DNA of 64,000 nucleotides from Lytechinus pictus (Eukaryota): NCBI RefSeq assembly GCF_037042905.1, contig NC_087252.1, positions 14,510,001 to 14,574,000 of the forward strand, read 5' to 3'. Shown piece by piece: positions 25,541 to 37,433 of this stretch (position 1 is its first letter; each line of letters starts with the position of its first letter). The notes under the pieces were generated by a model. It saw only the letters and a program-made list of their open reading frames with translations, ran no database searches and was not told where the DNA came from. The position numbers and the translations under genes were made by a program.

Positions 25541-27729
25541 AAGTTAGCTCGAAATACAATTTTTTTTTTAAGTGAAAGGTGGTAAAACAGCTAATTATAT
25601 GCTGATGCTATTACTTGCTTTCCGTTAGACATATGTATATACTTATTACAATTTAAAAAAAAAGTTGGATTCTTTTGAAGCATCAAGGCATTAATTGATT
25701 TTTCAACTGTAGGCCTACTTGTCAAATTTTCTAAACTTTGTTACGATCGAAATATAATATTTTGAACTTTTAACTGTGGTAAAATAGCCAACGATATGAT
25801 GATGTCGTTACTTGTATTTTTATCATATGTCAATTTTGATTATATTTTTTAACTCTTACTATGCCAAAACGAATACCCCTTGACTGCCAGGGGTATTCGA
25901 GGGTATCCTAAATTGACCGAAACGTAAGCAGAGACTGATTTTAAAACGATCATAACTCTTTACCCGTACGTTATATAATGACACCTTCTACACATGAAAT
26001 GGTGCATGGTTCATGGGCTTTATGATCATGTTATTATCTTTCTTATTCGCGTTTGAAAAAATTGTAAAAAAAGTAATATTTTACATTGCTTTTTTCAATA
26101 ATTAAAACCTAGAAATTAGAAAATTTCATGAACATTTCAAAGAGCAAATAATCTGAGGAATTGTCGAGATACCAAGAAATTAAGAAGATAAAATGAAAGA
26201 TCAATGTTTACCCTCTTAAATGACGTAGATTTTGATGAAATTGAACGAACAGAAATAACAAAGAATAATGCTCTTATGAATGAAATACTATTTTGCTAAT
26301 TAAGTTGCTTCCTCTGAAGAATACACACGCAATTGAAAGCGACCTATTCCAAAAAATGGCATTGCCCTCGATCAAGTGACCAATCACAGCACAGCTGCGA
26401 TCCCCCACGCGAACACACACAAACCCTGAATCTTCAAAGTGTGGCCAACCGTACCCTTTCATTCGTGTAGTCTTCAAAATAAGACCCTGTGTTTTTTTTA
26501 TTCGTAGTGTAACAAACAAAGTTATTTCCAGTCAGAAGGAGACAAAATATAAAATTAAAGATGATATATTAAAATATAGATAAAGAGGGATCAGACAGAT
26601 TCAATACTAACAAGTTTTGGGTGTAAATTCTCACAAAATGATATGGGCGTTCTTGGCAAAGTACAAAAAAGTTTTAAAAAAATGTTTATTTTTCGTGAAT
26701 CAAAGAAGAGTTAATGCAGATCAGTTACAAAAAAAAATCAATACAAATTTTCAAAAACAAAATAGGCCTATTTGTTCTGTATTACTGGTCTGACCAAAGT
26801 AGCCACCTGTTAACATCATACGCGATTACATTCTTTTGTTCATGCCACCAAGTCATAAACAATAGATGCCTACACTCTCTTTTATGAGGAATCTCTAATC
26901 CGCGCTCCCTCCTGACCTATTATCTAGGAAAGCAATTTAACACAGGATGTTCATAGAAATCGGGGCTCACGCGCGTCTTTTGATTTAACTATTTAATACT
27001 TTCAAAGGTTCCGATATTTATTTCTTTTTACATTTTGCTTTTTTGTGGGTGTCCCAGTTAAATAGAAAACAATTAGCCCCCCCCCCCCCAACACCTTTAA
27101 TAAAAATCCTGCATCCACCCAGGGTCTCCCCAGCTCGTAGCACTATCCGTGGTTTAAAAAAAAAAAATTTGTTCAGATAACATAATGAACAATATATAAG
27201 AAATTTAATATTCAACCCGTTATCGTCATCATTTTCATTTCTACTCTCTAAAATCAATTTTAAAATCTCCTTGATAGTGAAGTCAATGCAGCAACTAACA
27301 GGTCGGTCTGATCGGTTTTGTTAATGTATCCCTTTCTTTATTTTCCTCAAAACATCTGATATTACTGTACATACTCCGTTTACATTTTCTATTACCAATG
27401 GTTGGATTTAGCATAGGAAAAACATCCACTTTTAAAAAAGAGATAAATCTTTGGATGAATAAAGCGTTATTATCGGCCGTTTTGATTATCACATTTTTTG
27501 CTTCTTCCTATTTTATTCGAGGAGAATATTGAACGATTCATATTTTTGTGAGAAGTTTGGATATGATACTGATAAGCATAACAATGTCAATCATTTTTAA
27601 AAGAATGGTTTGGGTTATAAAAAGACAAACGATTATGAACCGTCGTTTACCTGATCTTAAGTTTATGAAGAGAGAGTTTGGCTGCAGAAGAAATGCAAGT
27701 TATATGATTACAACAATTATTTTTGGATA

Positions 27730-27905
27730 ATAATCATAATGATGATAATGATGACTCTGATGACAAATAACATTAATAATAAGAAGAAGAAGGCGAAGGA
27801 GAAGAATAATGATAATAGTAATAACAATAACAATAATACAAATAATGACTATGATAATAGTAATACTAAAAATGATAATAATATTAATAATAATAATGAT
27901 AAATG
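27730..27905. repeat. (AAT/GAT)n low-complexity tract
   Basis: Degenerate trinucleotide run. Confidence 0.8.
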
Positions 27906-28611
27906 AATAGATAAATAATGAGTGTACTCATAACGAGAACAATTTTGTGAGGATGCTAAAAAAAAAACGAATTATAAGAACTCTCTCCCGCCCCCACCCC
28001 CCAAAAAATTAAAAATCTCCCCTAGCCACGCAAATTCGCAGGCAGAAAAGTGCCTTGAAACAAGAATACTACCATACTGGCCTGCAAAAAACCCGATCGA
28101 TAGCTCATGAATATTCATATAACAATAGCGAATGGGCGAGTAGCGTTGGGTAAGAGACATTGTACCGCTCCGTTATTGGTCAATTCCGAGCTGAATTCCT
28201 TGGAAAACTCGCCTTTACTCTACCCATAGAAGTACGTATTGCTACACACAACCGTTATATCACACGTGTCTATGGGGGAAATATTGATTCAAATCGCTGC
28301 AATATCCGAAAGCAACACTGGATTAATAAAATGCCCAATGTTGGTTGGACACATAATTACCCTCGGGGAGCACTTTTACCCAAATTTTTTTTTATATTGT
28401 ATATCTTGACGATTGTAGTTGTCAATATAAATTCGATCCAATTTAATTCAATTCAAAAGTCAAGTTTTAAGTGCATAAACATTGTAATAAATTTTACATG
28501 TAACATGTGTACGACGTTTACTGACTCAAGTGCTATGGGATATACATGTGCTGATTTTAATGACTATTTTCCGTTTCTTCCTTCTGATTTCTAGACTGGA
28601 AATAACTTAAA

Positions 28612-29640
28612 ATGGAAGTCTCCACAATCGAAGACCAGAAAAAAGAGACTTCTAAAAACATTCAAGATCTGGAAGAAACCCTCATTGATATACCCATTGA
28701 CATGCGACTTTTCTCACTCGGTATGCGATCTCTGTATGCCGAACAGGCTGTTGGAGGTTCATCAGATATTGCTCAAAAATTCCGAACCCTTCGAGACAAG
28801 ACACGCGACGACGCGATGGTCTACCTCAAAGGAGTGTTGCCAGTGGCCACCAAATGCGTTTCAAGCATTAAAGAGTATTTTGACATTTACCTGGCTCTAG
28901 AATATGGCGACTGGAAAGATATGTTGCAAGACATCCACCAGGAAGTAAGTGGCTACAAGGAACTTGCCAAAACGCTTGTACAAATGCACGAGGACATATT
29001 GGTCCCCCTGAAGCAGAGGCAAGACGAAGCTAAGATCATTGTTAAACAATTCAAAGGTTTACAAGAGAGATTCGAAAGCCAAAAGCGTGGGTTCGAACGC
29101 AGTGCAAGTAAAAAGCGAAGCTGGGCGGTTGGACTTATGTTCGTCCCGGGCATAGGACCCATAGCAAGTGCACTCCTGAGTTCTTCGGCAGACGAGGATA
29201 CTGCAGTTGCAGTCGCAAAGGAAGAAGAGAGTAGAATCTCAGCAGAGGCTTCCATCGCGGTCAGCAAATCTCTCATTCCAGCCTTGTGTAATTTCATGGC
29301 TGGTCTTGAGAAAATAGCTGGATTTTTTGAAGTAATGGAAGGAGAGCTGGGATCACTTGAAGATAAAGCTAACATGGCTCTTGAAGATACAAAGATGTTT
29401 CACTACAAATTGATGAATAGTGCGGCCAAGAACATCGTTGGGCTTTGCCAAAGATTCCGCTCAGTTCTACCGGCCGTGCGCACTGATTTCCGAGCGATTC
29501 CAACTGAGGGAACCGACGAGTCTTATGTCGATAAATGGCTTGAGGAACAGAAGAAAACAATCAGAAACCGGTTAAACAAGAAGTTGGCTGATCGCATGAT
29601 GAAAGCTATCACCTCGGACCCTGCTTCTGATAACAAATGA
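28612..29640 (+). CDS. 342-aa alpha-helical/coiled-coil protein with a central hydrophobic hairpin (ClyA/Hbl/Nhe-like alpha-pore-forming toxin fold suspected)
   Basis: Longest intact non-TE ORF, GC-richer than its flanks, with good ATG context (AAAATGG) and a polypyrimidine/AG acceptor at ~28570-28594. The hydrophobic segment WAVGLMFVPGIGPIASALL lies between long amphipathic helices. Confidence 0.85.
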   Translation: MEVSTIEDQKKETSKNIQDLEETLIDIPIDMRLFSLGMRSLYAEQAVGGSSDIAQKFRTLRDKTRDDAMVYLKGVLPVATKCVSSIKEYFDIYLALEYGDWKDMLQDIHQEVSGYKELAKTLVQMHEDILVPLKQRQDEAKIIVKQFKGLQERFESQKRGFERSASKKRSWAVGLMFVPGIGPIASALLSSSADEDTAVAVAKEEESRISAEASIAVSKSLIPALCNFMAGLEKIAGFFEVMEGELGSLEDKANMALEDTKMFHYKLMNSAAKNIVGLCQRFRSVLPAVRTDFRAIPTEGTDESYVDKWLEEQKKTIRNRLNKKLADRMMKAITSDPASDNK

Positions 29641-30299
29641 AAGTAAACTAAAAAAAAATAACAATATATATAATGTCGATTTCGTAGATTTTGTTTAAGA
29701 TACGACTGTTTTTGTCTGTTACCAACTATAAAATCCTTTTACTAAATTAATTTTGCGACCATACATTTATAACAGTTCAACCACCGACGACAGCGACACG
29801 TTTATATATACGTTCCCTTCATCTTAAAGAAAACCATTCAATTTAATTCAATTTACTCAATTCTATATAGCAGCACAAATACAGGCAGAATGCCTATGTA
29901 TTAATTACAATATAAACACAGTAACATCACATTCAAAGAAAACGATATCGATATAAAAAAAATTAACGTTTAATTTGCTTGTAAAAGGGACTATATCCAG
30001 TTTTCCTCATTCATAAATCAACTTTCGTTTTATTTCAGACAATTCTATGTTTCTTTTCAGGAAGTTCCTGAACTATGTTTAAGATTAATCGCTATACATG
30101 TAAGTAGCAAAAACGATAATTAGGAATCCCGCAGATATCGTTTATTTCATATGATACTTTAAAATTATTATGTTTAATTGAATTGAACCCTTTTGCATGA
30201 AAATTTAAATCAATTTATTTCTATATTAAGCAAAAGTTCTGCATGTAACTAATAAACACAGCAAGTTTATTATAAATCATTGTTCCTCATCTACATAGC

Positions 30300-31615
30300 T
30301 TTCAGGTGTTTGTCAATTTAGTTTGTTTAGTGTCCATAACTCTCCTTTATAATGTATTTTCAGATTCTATGCCTATAAACTGTGGAGTTCCACAGCGGAA
30401 CATAATTAGGCCCCATTCTTTTCATTTGCATTTCTGTCAATGATATTAAATTACTTTTATATGCAGACGATGTTACTATGTTCTTATACAAATCATAAGC
30501 TGATTAGAGGAAAACGTACCTTAGAATTATCAAATTGTGTTAAACGGATTACAGATTGTTAGCTTAGGTTACATGTTCATAGAAGTGTTTTGTGGGGTAA
30601 GTTAAACATATAGATAATTTCAATATATACTGTAACAATCAATTAATGAAGAGACAGGAATTTGTGAATTATTTTGGTCTGAAATTAAATAACGATTTTT
30701 TTTCCTGCACATCTATGGTTAACGGTATTGAATTGAATTTAATGTATTTGAATTTATTCGTAATATGATATTTCATTGTACTATCGTGTGATTTTTACAG
30801 CAGTTTTGGTAAGGTAGATAAGAAAAAATTAAAATTAATCCGAATTAAGATAATTTTTAGAGTTATTAATACCCTTACACACAAAGACTCATGACAAGAA
30901 AAGTGAACTCGAGAAAGCTGATCTTCTAATTGACCTCATGTCGCAACAGCTTTTACTGCACCACATTCATAACATTTTCTAATCAAACGAACGTCATTAT
31001 ATAAAAATACACGGTCATTTAGTATCCACGGCCATGAAACGAGAAATAGTCAACTTAACTATGTTGTACCAAATAAAAAAGGTTCAAATTTTAAATAAGT
31101 TATATCAATGGTATATAATATTGGAATTCCCTGCCTAATCACATTAAGTCCAATAAGACCTTCTCACACTTTAAAAGGTTATTAAGGAAACTTATGAAAA
31201 ATGTCTCCATTCTTTAATAACATTCTGTCATTCTTTCGTATTTCATTTGAAGCATACATGTATCTTTCTAAATATAAAGTTATGATATATTTAACTATGC
31301 TTTACTTTCGTTATTTTCATCATGTTATGGTAATTGCGTGAATGTTTCTGATTTTCAACTTGTTTGGTTTTTTCGTTTCATATACTATAGTAACTTTACG
31401 ATGTTTGTTTCCTCTTAGGTTTGTGGTCAATATTTCTTTGACGTAGTTTGTAGATGTTTTACATAAAGTGTACTTCATCATCAGTTACTTAGTTAAGGAC
31501 CCAATTGGAAATAGGCCGTGTCAGCTTTCATGGGCTATCCGGTCATGGAATTTTGACACTTCATGTTAAACTCTTACTTGATTAAATAACTGACAAATAA
31601 AATAATCAATCAAAT
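30300..31615 (+). mobile_element. Heavily degraded CR1/L2-type LINE fragment
   Basis: Remnant CGVPQ...GPIL and YADD (30381-30472), WNSLPNHIKSNKTFSHFKRLL (~31120-31190) and an AAATAAAATAATCAATCAA-type tail. Confidence 0.65.
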
Positions 31616-32902
31616 AGCTTTGTTTTATAGTTTGCTGTCGTTTTCAGATATTAATAAGTTTATATGACTTTTGTATAGAATGTTGTTCAAAAAGTAGAAG
31701 AAAAAAGTATTATTTTCTGCCACATAGCATATCGTGCAATCGTCATTGGTCATCCTAAGCTTAGATCCGGGAATAGGTCTCATTTTTATAATGCACAAAT
31801 CATCATTGTTTGCATTATGTTCATTGGATTATCAATATTTTATTAATCTATTAATATCTTCAGTTAAACAAGATTTGAGTAACTGAACACAAAGACGGCC
31901 CAAGTCCAATTTTTTGCGAAATCGAGTTAAATATGGAAAATTGTTCATTATACAAAGACTCGTCCTGTGTTTAAAAATAATAAATCTGAAATCATCTCAG
32001 AAATGCCTGAAATAAAGGAGGAAAATCTGGTATGAGTGTAAGAAAAGCCCAAGTCCAGGACTTGAGATTTTCTTACATTCATGTCATAGCGCCCTCTCTT
32101 ATTACTTCTATTACTTACTACAGAAGTCTACCGTGTATATGAATGTAAGAATGACCAAAGTCTATATGATTCTAAAACCGACTCAAGTCCTCCAGACAAA
32201 AGATACGGCCGAAAAGTAACGTGAATATAAATGTTCATAAAAAATAAACACTTAAATTTTCTCGAGATGACCTCCTATGGACCTGGGCCTTTTTTATAGT
32301 TCACTTGCAAAAGGGGTTGGGTCCATTTTTCATCAAATTTGATTTTTATGTCTCCATGTAAGGATTTTTAGTACATGTAGCTCTATAAGATGACACTAAA
32401 GACAATTTGAAATTCCTCTTAGAAAGTGAACGAAAATGGCAAAGAAAAATCCCCTTCTTTCAAAAGGGGTTAGATCCATTTCAGTCTAGTTGCAAAAGGG
32501 TTTAGGTCCACACGGATTTTTTTTTTTTTTGAAAAAGAATATCTTAAAAGATATAAAGACAGGTAGATTTCTTTTATACCAGTGTTGTAGTCAAGGCATA
32601 AACCTCCAAGGCCAAGGCTCTAATACCCAAGTCCAAGGCTTCAATACCCAAGGCCGAGGCCAAGGCATGGGAACCCAAGGCCAAAGCCAAGGCCAAAGCC
32701 AAGGCCTGAAAACCTCAAGGCCAAGGCATTTCAAACTTTTGATACATGGAATATTGAGCCAACAATGCTTAGGCAGCAGACATGGAACGCAGGGGAAATG
32801 TATAATAGGTGAGAGCGAGCGAACTGAGCGAGCAAAAACTTTTACCGTTGTACATGAAAAACAAAAATAATTTCATGGTAGATTAAGACATTACAGTGCC
32901 GG

Positions 32903-35363
32903 TGTCATAGGCGATTTGGACCGGCCAGTCGATCGGGGCCGGAGGTACTAATCGACGGTTCTATTACCCGTCGATTAGTACCGGATTTTGTTGTGTGATG
33001 CGATCGTCATAGTTGATTTGTTCCGACCAGGCGATTTGTTCCGATACGCTGTTCATGCACCATTATCACCCCTACAGCAAGAATGTGATATTCCAGTCGT
33101 CCTTTTCAACCAATTGGCTCCTCCAAGTCAAACACACCCACAGAACAGATACAGTTGCCGATTTGAGAATCTAAAGTTATTTAGGGAGTCGTATGCATTT
33201 TTAGCACTCTTCCAATTACATAGTAAACATCCGGGGACGGCTGCTTTGTGGAGACATGAAGCCCTATTAACATTGTGTGCTCCCTTTGTGCGCCAGTGCT
33301 ATTCGGGTTGTGAACTTATATCCACCAATATGGCTGGTTTGTCTTGGTCTTCATAACCAAGCAAGAAATAGGATGAGATTGGCGCGCTATGGTGATGCTG
33401 CATGCAGTGTTGCTGCATGCATGCAGCAACACTGCTGCATGCTCTTCGAACCCCCAAAGTAATCAAGTAGAAATCAAAATGAATGTATCAATACAAGAAA
33501 ACTAAGTCCAACAATAAGGCTGCCAAAAACACAGGGAACTCTCAGTGACACCTCATTGAGACACACACTATGCGCATATATATTTTTTTTTGGGGGTGGG
33601 GCACGGGACCTGGGTAGTCAAAAAAGGAGGAAATATATGAAAATAAAAGGGAGAGAAAAAAACGTAGCAAGAAGAGATCGCAAAAAATGGGGAAAAGTAT
33701 ATGAGAAAAGGAAAGAAGGAATAAGGGGGGAAATGAAGGGGGAAAAGAGGGGGAGATGAAATAATAATAATAATAAAAGAGCGTGCATGGGCGCGCCACC
33801 AAACTGACCTTAAGCTCGAGGGAGGGGGTGCTTTGGCGCGGATCCAGGGGGGAGGGCACACCCGGCTCATGCCTCCCCAAGTTTGAGAGCCCCCCAAAAA
33901 GTCGAAAGTACCGTATATGTGCAAGTGCTAACCCTTTTTAAAATTTTTGCCTGTCAAATTTTTCTGGACAAAATTGCCCCCCAGGAAATTCCTGGATCCG
34001 CACCTGGCTGGCATTATGTAGGCCCTATATATATATATTTTAGTTAGAAGTGAATGAATGACTCAAAATTGGTTGTAAAGCTTCTCATTGGCGGCGGAAG
34101 CCAAAAAATTTAGGGGGGGGTCTACCTGGAATTTATGGTTGGACACAGGAAAAAAAATTGACAAGCAAAAAGAAAAAAGGTGAACAAACAATATTTTAGG
34201 GGGGACCACCTGAATTTAGGGGGGACGCAGGAACGAAATTGACAAGCAAAAAAAACCAAAAAAAAACTCAAATTTAGGAGGACATGGACCCTCGCCCCCC
34301 CCCCCGCTTCCGTCGCCTATGTACTTCTTAATATCACTTTAATTGCACCAAGCTTTCGATCAAAAATTGGCACAAGAAATAAGCTACAAGATTTGTATTG
34401 TCATTTCACTGATCATTGAAGTATGAAACACCAGCGACGTTCTGTCCGCAAGTCATTTCTCACGCTATATACTTTACCAAAAATATAGAAATATGAAGAC
34501 AGAGGAAAATAATCAGGAGCGGCGGGGCAAATTTTAAAGTGGGAGAGGGACACAGGGGAAAAGGGCAAAAAGCGCACTTAAATATGAAGAAAAATTTAAA
34601 AAAATAGTATACTATCTACCCCAGTGGTGCAATGAGGCAAAAGTTTGGGCCAGACATGGCGTACAACGCAAATTTTTTTTTTAAAGCTGCGAGCAAAATT
34701 TCGACTGTTTAATTAAAAAAATATATAATTTGTGATGTTTAGATTTTGACGTAATATGCAGACAAGGGATGTGTTAGGAAGGATAGGAATCTCTTCGCTT
34801 TAGTACCAGCCTGCTTTAACCAATGCGAGATATCCTCGCATTGGGAAACAAAATCACGAAACATGTTTTACAATAAAAAAAGGTTAAAAACAAATACCGG
34901 TATAACGTCGTTAGGGTACACCCTACTCCAAAAGGAGACGTGGTACAGTGCGGTACCGGGCCGCGTCGTATCGTGTCAACTGTCCAAGCAGTGCAGCGCT
35001 GCACGTGCGCAAAAAAGGTACCGGTACCTAACGTACGAGGCTGAAATACCTCTTATCTATATGTACCAAAATTTTTAGTTTTAGACCGAATTATATAGAT
35101 AATTGGGATGAAATTACATTAAAAATCACACCAATATATACATTGAAACATTTCACCAAAGCAGATATTTATAGAATATATTTACTACATTTACTACATT
35201 CTGACGAATACGGAACCAAACGGCGGCTCCCCTGTCGTTTCGGCAAAAATTTCAACCAGTCATTTGGATCCGGGGGGCCCGATCGACTAGTCGTTTTGTA
35301 CTGGCGGTACTAATCAACTAGCCGTTTTGGACCGCCGGTACCCGGGCCAAAAATCCTCTGACA
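32903..35363. mobile_element. Ginger-like non-autonomous DNA transposon containing smaller MITEs
   Basis: CCGG|TGTCATAGG ... CCTCTGACA|CCGG: TGT/ACA termini, 4-bp CCGG TSD, subterminal GTACTAATC and GATCGAC motifs near both ends. Confidence 0.7.
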
Positions 35364-35511
35364 CCGGCCGCAGGAAACGTCATGCCCGAGCACGCAAACA
35401 CCCTAGGGGGCTTTCGCGTCTAACCGAGGGTATTCATGGGGAGCAGACTAGGGCGTTTAGCCGCGCCCGCAGTTTCCTGCGTGCTCTATAATATTGGCCG
35501 TGCCCGCACTA

Positions 35512-36608
35512 AGCTTGTCAAAAGTCCATGCACCGTTCTTTATCGTTCTTACCGCATCCGGGTTTTCGCTTCGGCTTTCTCGCCCAACGTTCCCTCGTCT
35601 TCAAAGGAACGGCCGCCATCAAAGGCCCATTGATGCCACCGTTCTTTTGTTCGTCTTTCCAGCAAGTCTTAATTTCTGTCGAAAGACCGAAGAATCTATT
35701 CTTAATAGCTCCCTCTACGACTAAAAAAAAAGGCGTGCCTTCATATTTATTGTCGGATCGGAGAGTTCGGGTCACTTTTCTGAACTATGGTTCGCATCTA
35801 TAATGGAAGTTCGGGTGCATTCATAAGGCCACGGTAGCTTAATCAAAAATCACGCACGTGTCATAAATCGTTACTGATCTTTCGAATTTGCTGCAATAAC
35901 CATGAAAACCTCTTTTTTTGCAATTGAAAGAGAGTCAATTCATGACGTTTTAGGTGGGAAAATAAGATTCCACACATTTTCGTTTCGTAGGCCCAAGCCA
36001 TTCGTAGAATTCACGTCAACTTGGAATATTTATTATTACTCGCATCTGAAACAGATGTCGGGAGCCCCCCCCCCCCCCCAAAAAAAAGAGAAGGAAATGG
36101 AAAGATAAAATGAATATGACCGGAACAGCTTGGCACTATTAGGCATAGATAGATCAAAGATTTATTAGAAACTGTTAACATAGTTTGTTCAATTTTTGGA
36201 CGGGCAACCATTTCCCCAGGATAACATATTGTCTCTTAATTTTCTTTATCTCCTTGTTTTAAAGAAGCGGGACCAAAAGAGAAGATGAAGAAGAAAACTT
36301 AGAAGGATAGGGAAAGAAAAGGAAGGGGAAATAGAGAGAAAATAAGAAAATAATATTGGGATGGAGGAAGAGGAAGGGTGAAAAAAATATGGAGGAAAAA
36401 CAGTTAAAGAGAAAAAAAACTAGGAAATTTAAGAGGGGAAGAAATTTAGGATCGAGAATCAACGGGAGAGGGGGGACAAATTGGAATATGAAATGGATAG
36501 AGACAGAAAATAAGGGGGAAGAAGAAGAGAGAGCTGGTGGACGATGGGGGGGAGAAATAAAGGGGGGAAAGGGAAAGAGTGAAAGGGGAACAGAGGGGAA
36601 GACATGCA
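35512..36608 (+). repeat. Duplicated block 1 (paralog at 58487-59581)
   Basis: Colinear direct repeat from AGCTTGTCAAAAGTCCATGCACCG to GGGGAAGACATGCA. Confidence 0.9.
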
Positions 36609-37433
36609 GTGGCGGAGGCTGGATCCGCCCCTGATTTAGATTTACATTCACCATATCGATCCCCTCTCGGGGTATGAGAGTACAACATATAAACAACTTA
36701 TAACACACTAAAGTATGTAACTTCATTTAATTGGTTTAACGTATTAAACGTAATGTTCGGAATTGTAGATAAATACCAAATGTGGTAACGATCTGAAAAT
36801 TAGTTCAATCAGAATCCAATGAAATTTACCAACGGAGTGTTTGTTTGTATAAATGAAAAATATTTGCCAAATAGCCCTGTGAAAGAAAATCCTAAAAGTG
36901 CTGAGAAATGAGCGATATAAGCACGGAATTCCATCAAATGTCAGGTATTTTTCGAGGCAATATTATAATACACTGTCCCACGTATGCTTTTCTGTTTTAG
37001 TCATCATCAGAATTATCAATATTGAGCGGCGATTTCATTATTCTACAAAAATAAGTGTATATTAATGTACTAGATCTAGATTTATGATAGATATTTCGTA
37101 TCGAAATCGTCATGTAATCATATTTGAAATTGCGTCTGATACTTTGTGCTGTACATGGTCTATGATCTCTCATAATTATCGATATCGTCATCACCGCTGT
37201 TACAATCGCAATCATTTTCATTTCTCTATTATAAGTATTATCTTCATAAACATTTCTATTATTTCATTATAATTTTATCTTCATAAATCGATGAGGTGGG
37301 AGAAGGAGGTGGAGAAGAAGAATTACCAAGGAGAAGCAGACGTACATGTAGAATGGGGGAGCAGTAAAAAGGGATGAGAAGATTAATGAGAGATGAGGAA
37401 GAATACGAAGAGGTAAAAGGAAGATAAAGAAAA

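Noticed and set aside
25853..26710. piggyBac-like element (TTAA CTCTT ... AAGAG TTAA)
   Set aside because: The inverted match is only ~5 bp, too weak to call.
28160..29560. ORFs 28160-28594, 28685-28900, 28953-29375 and 29369-29560
   Set aside because: The first has a non-ATG start and ends at the splice acceptor (intron-like); the others are shadow frames of the 342-aa CDS.
32580..32730. Gln/Gly-repeat ORF (32490-32870)
   Set aside because: CCAAGG subterminal repeats of a probable MITE end, not coding.
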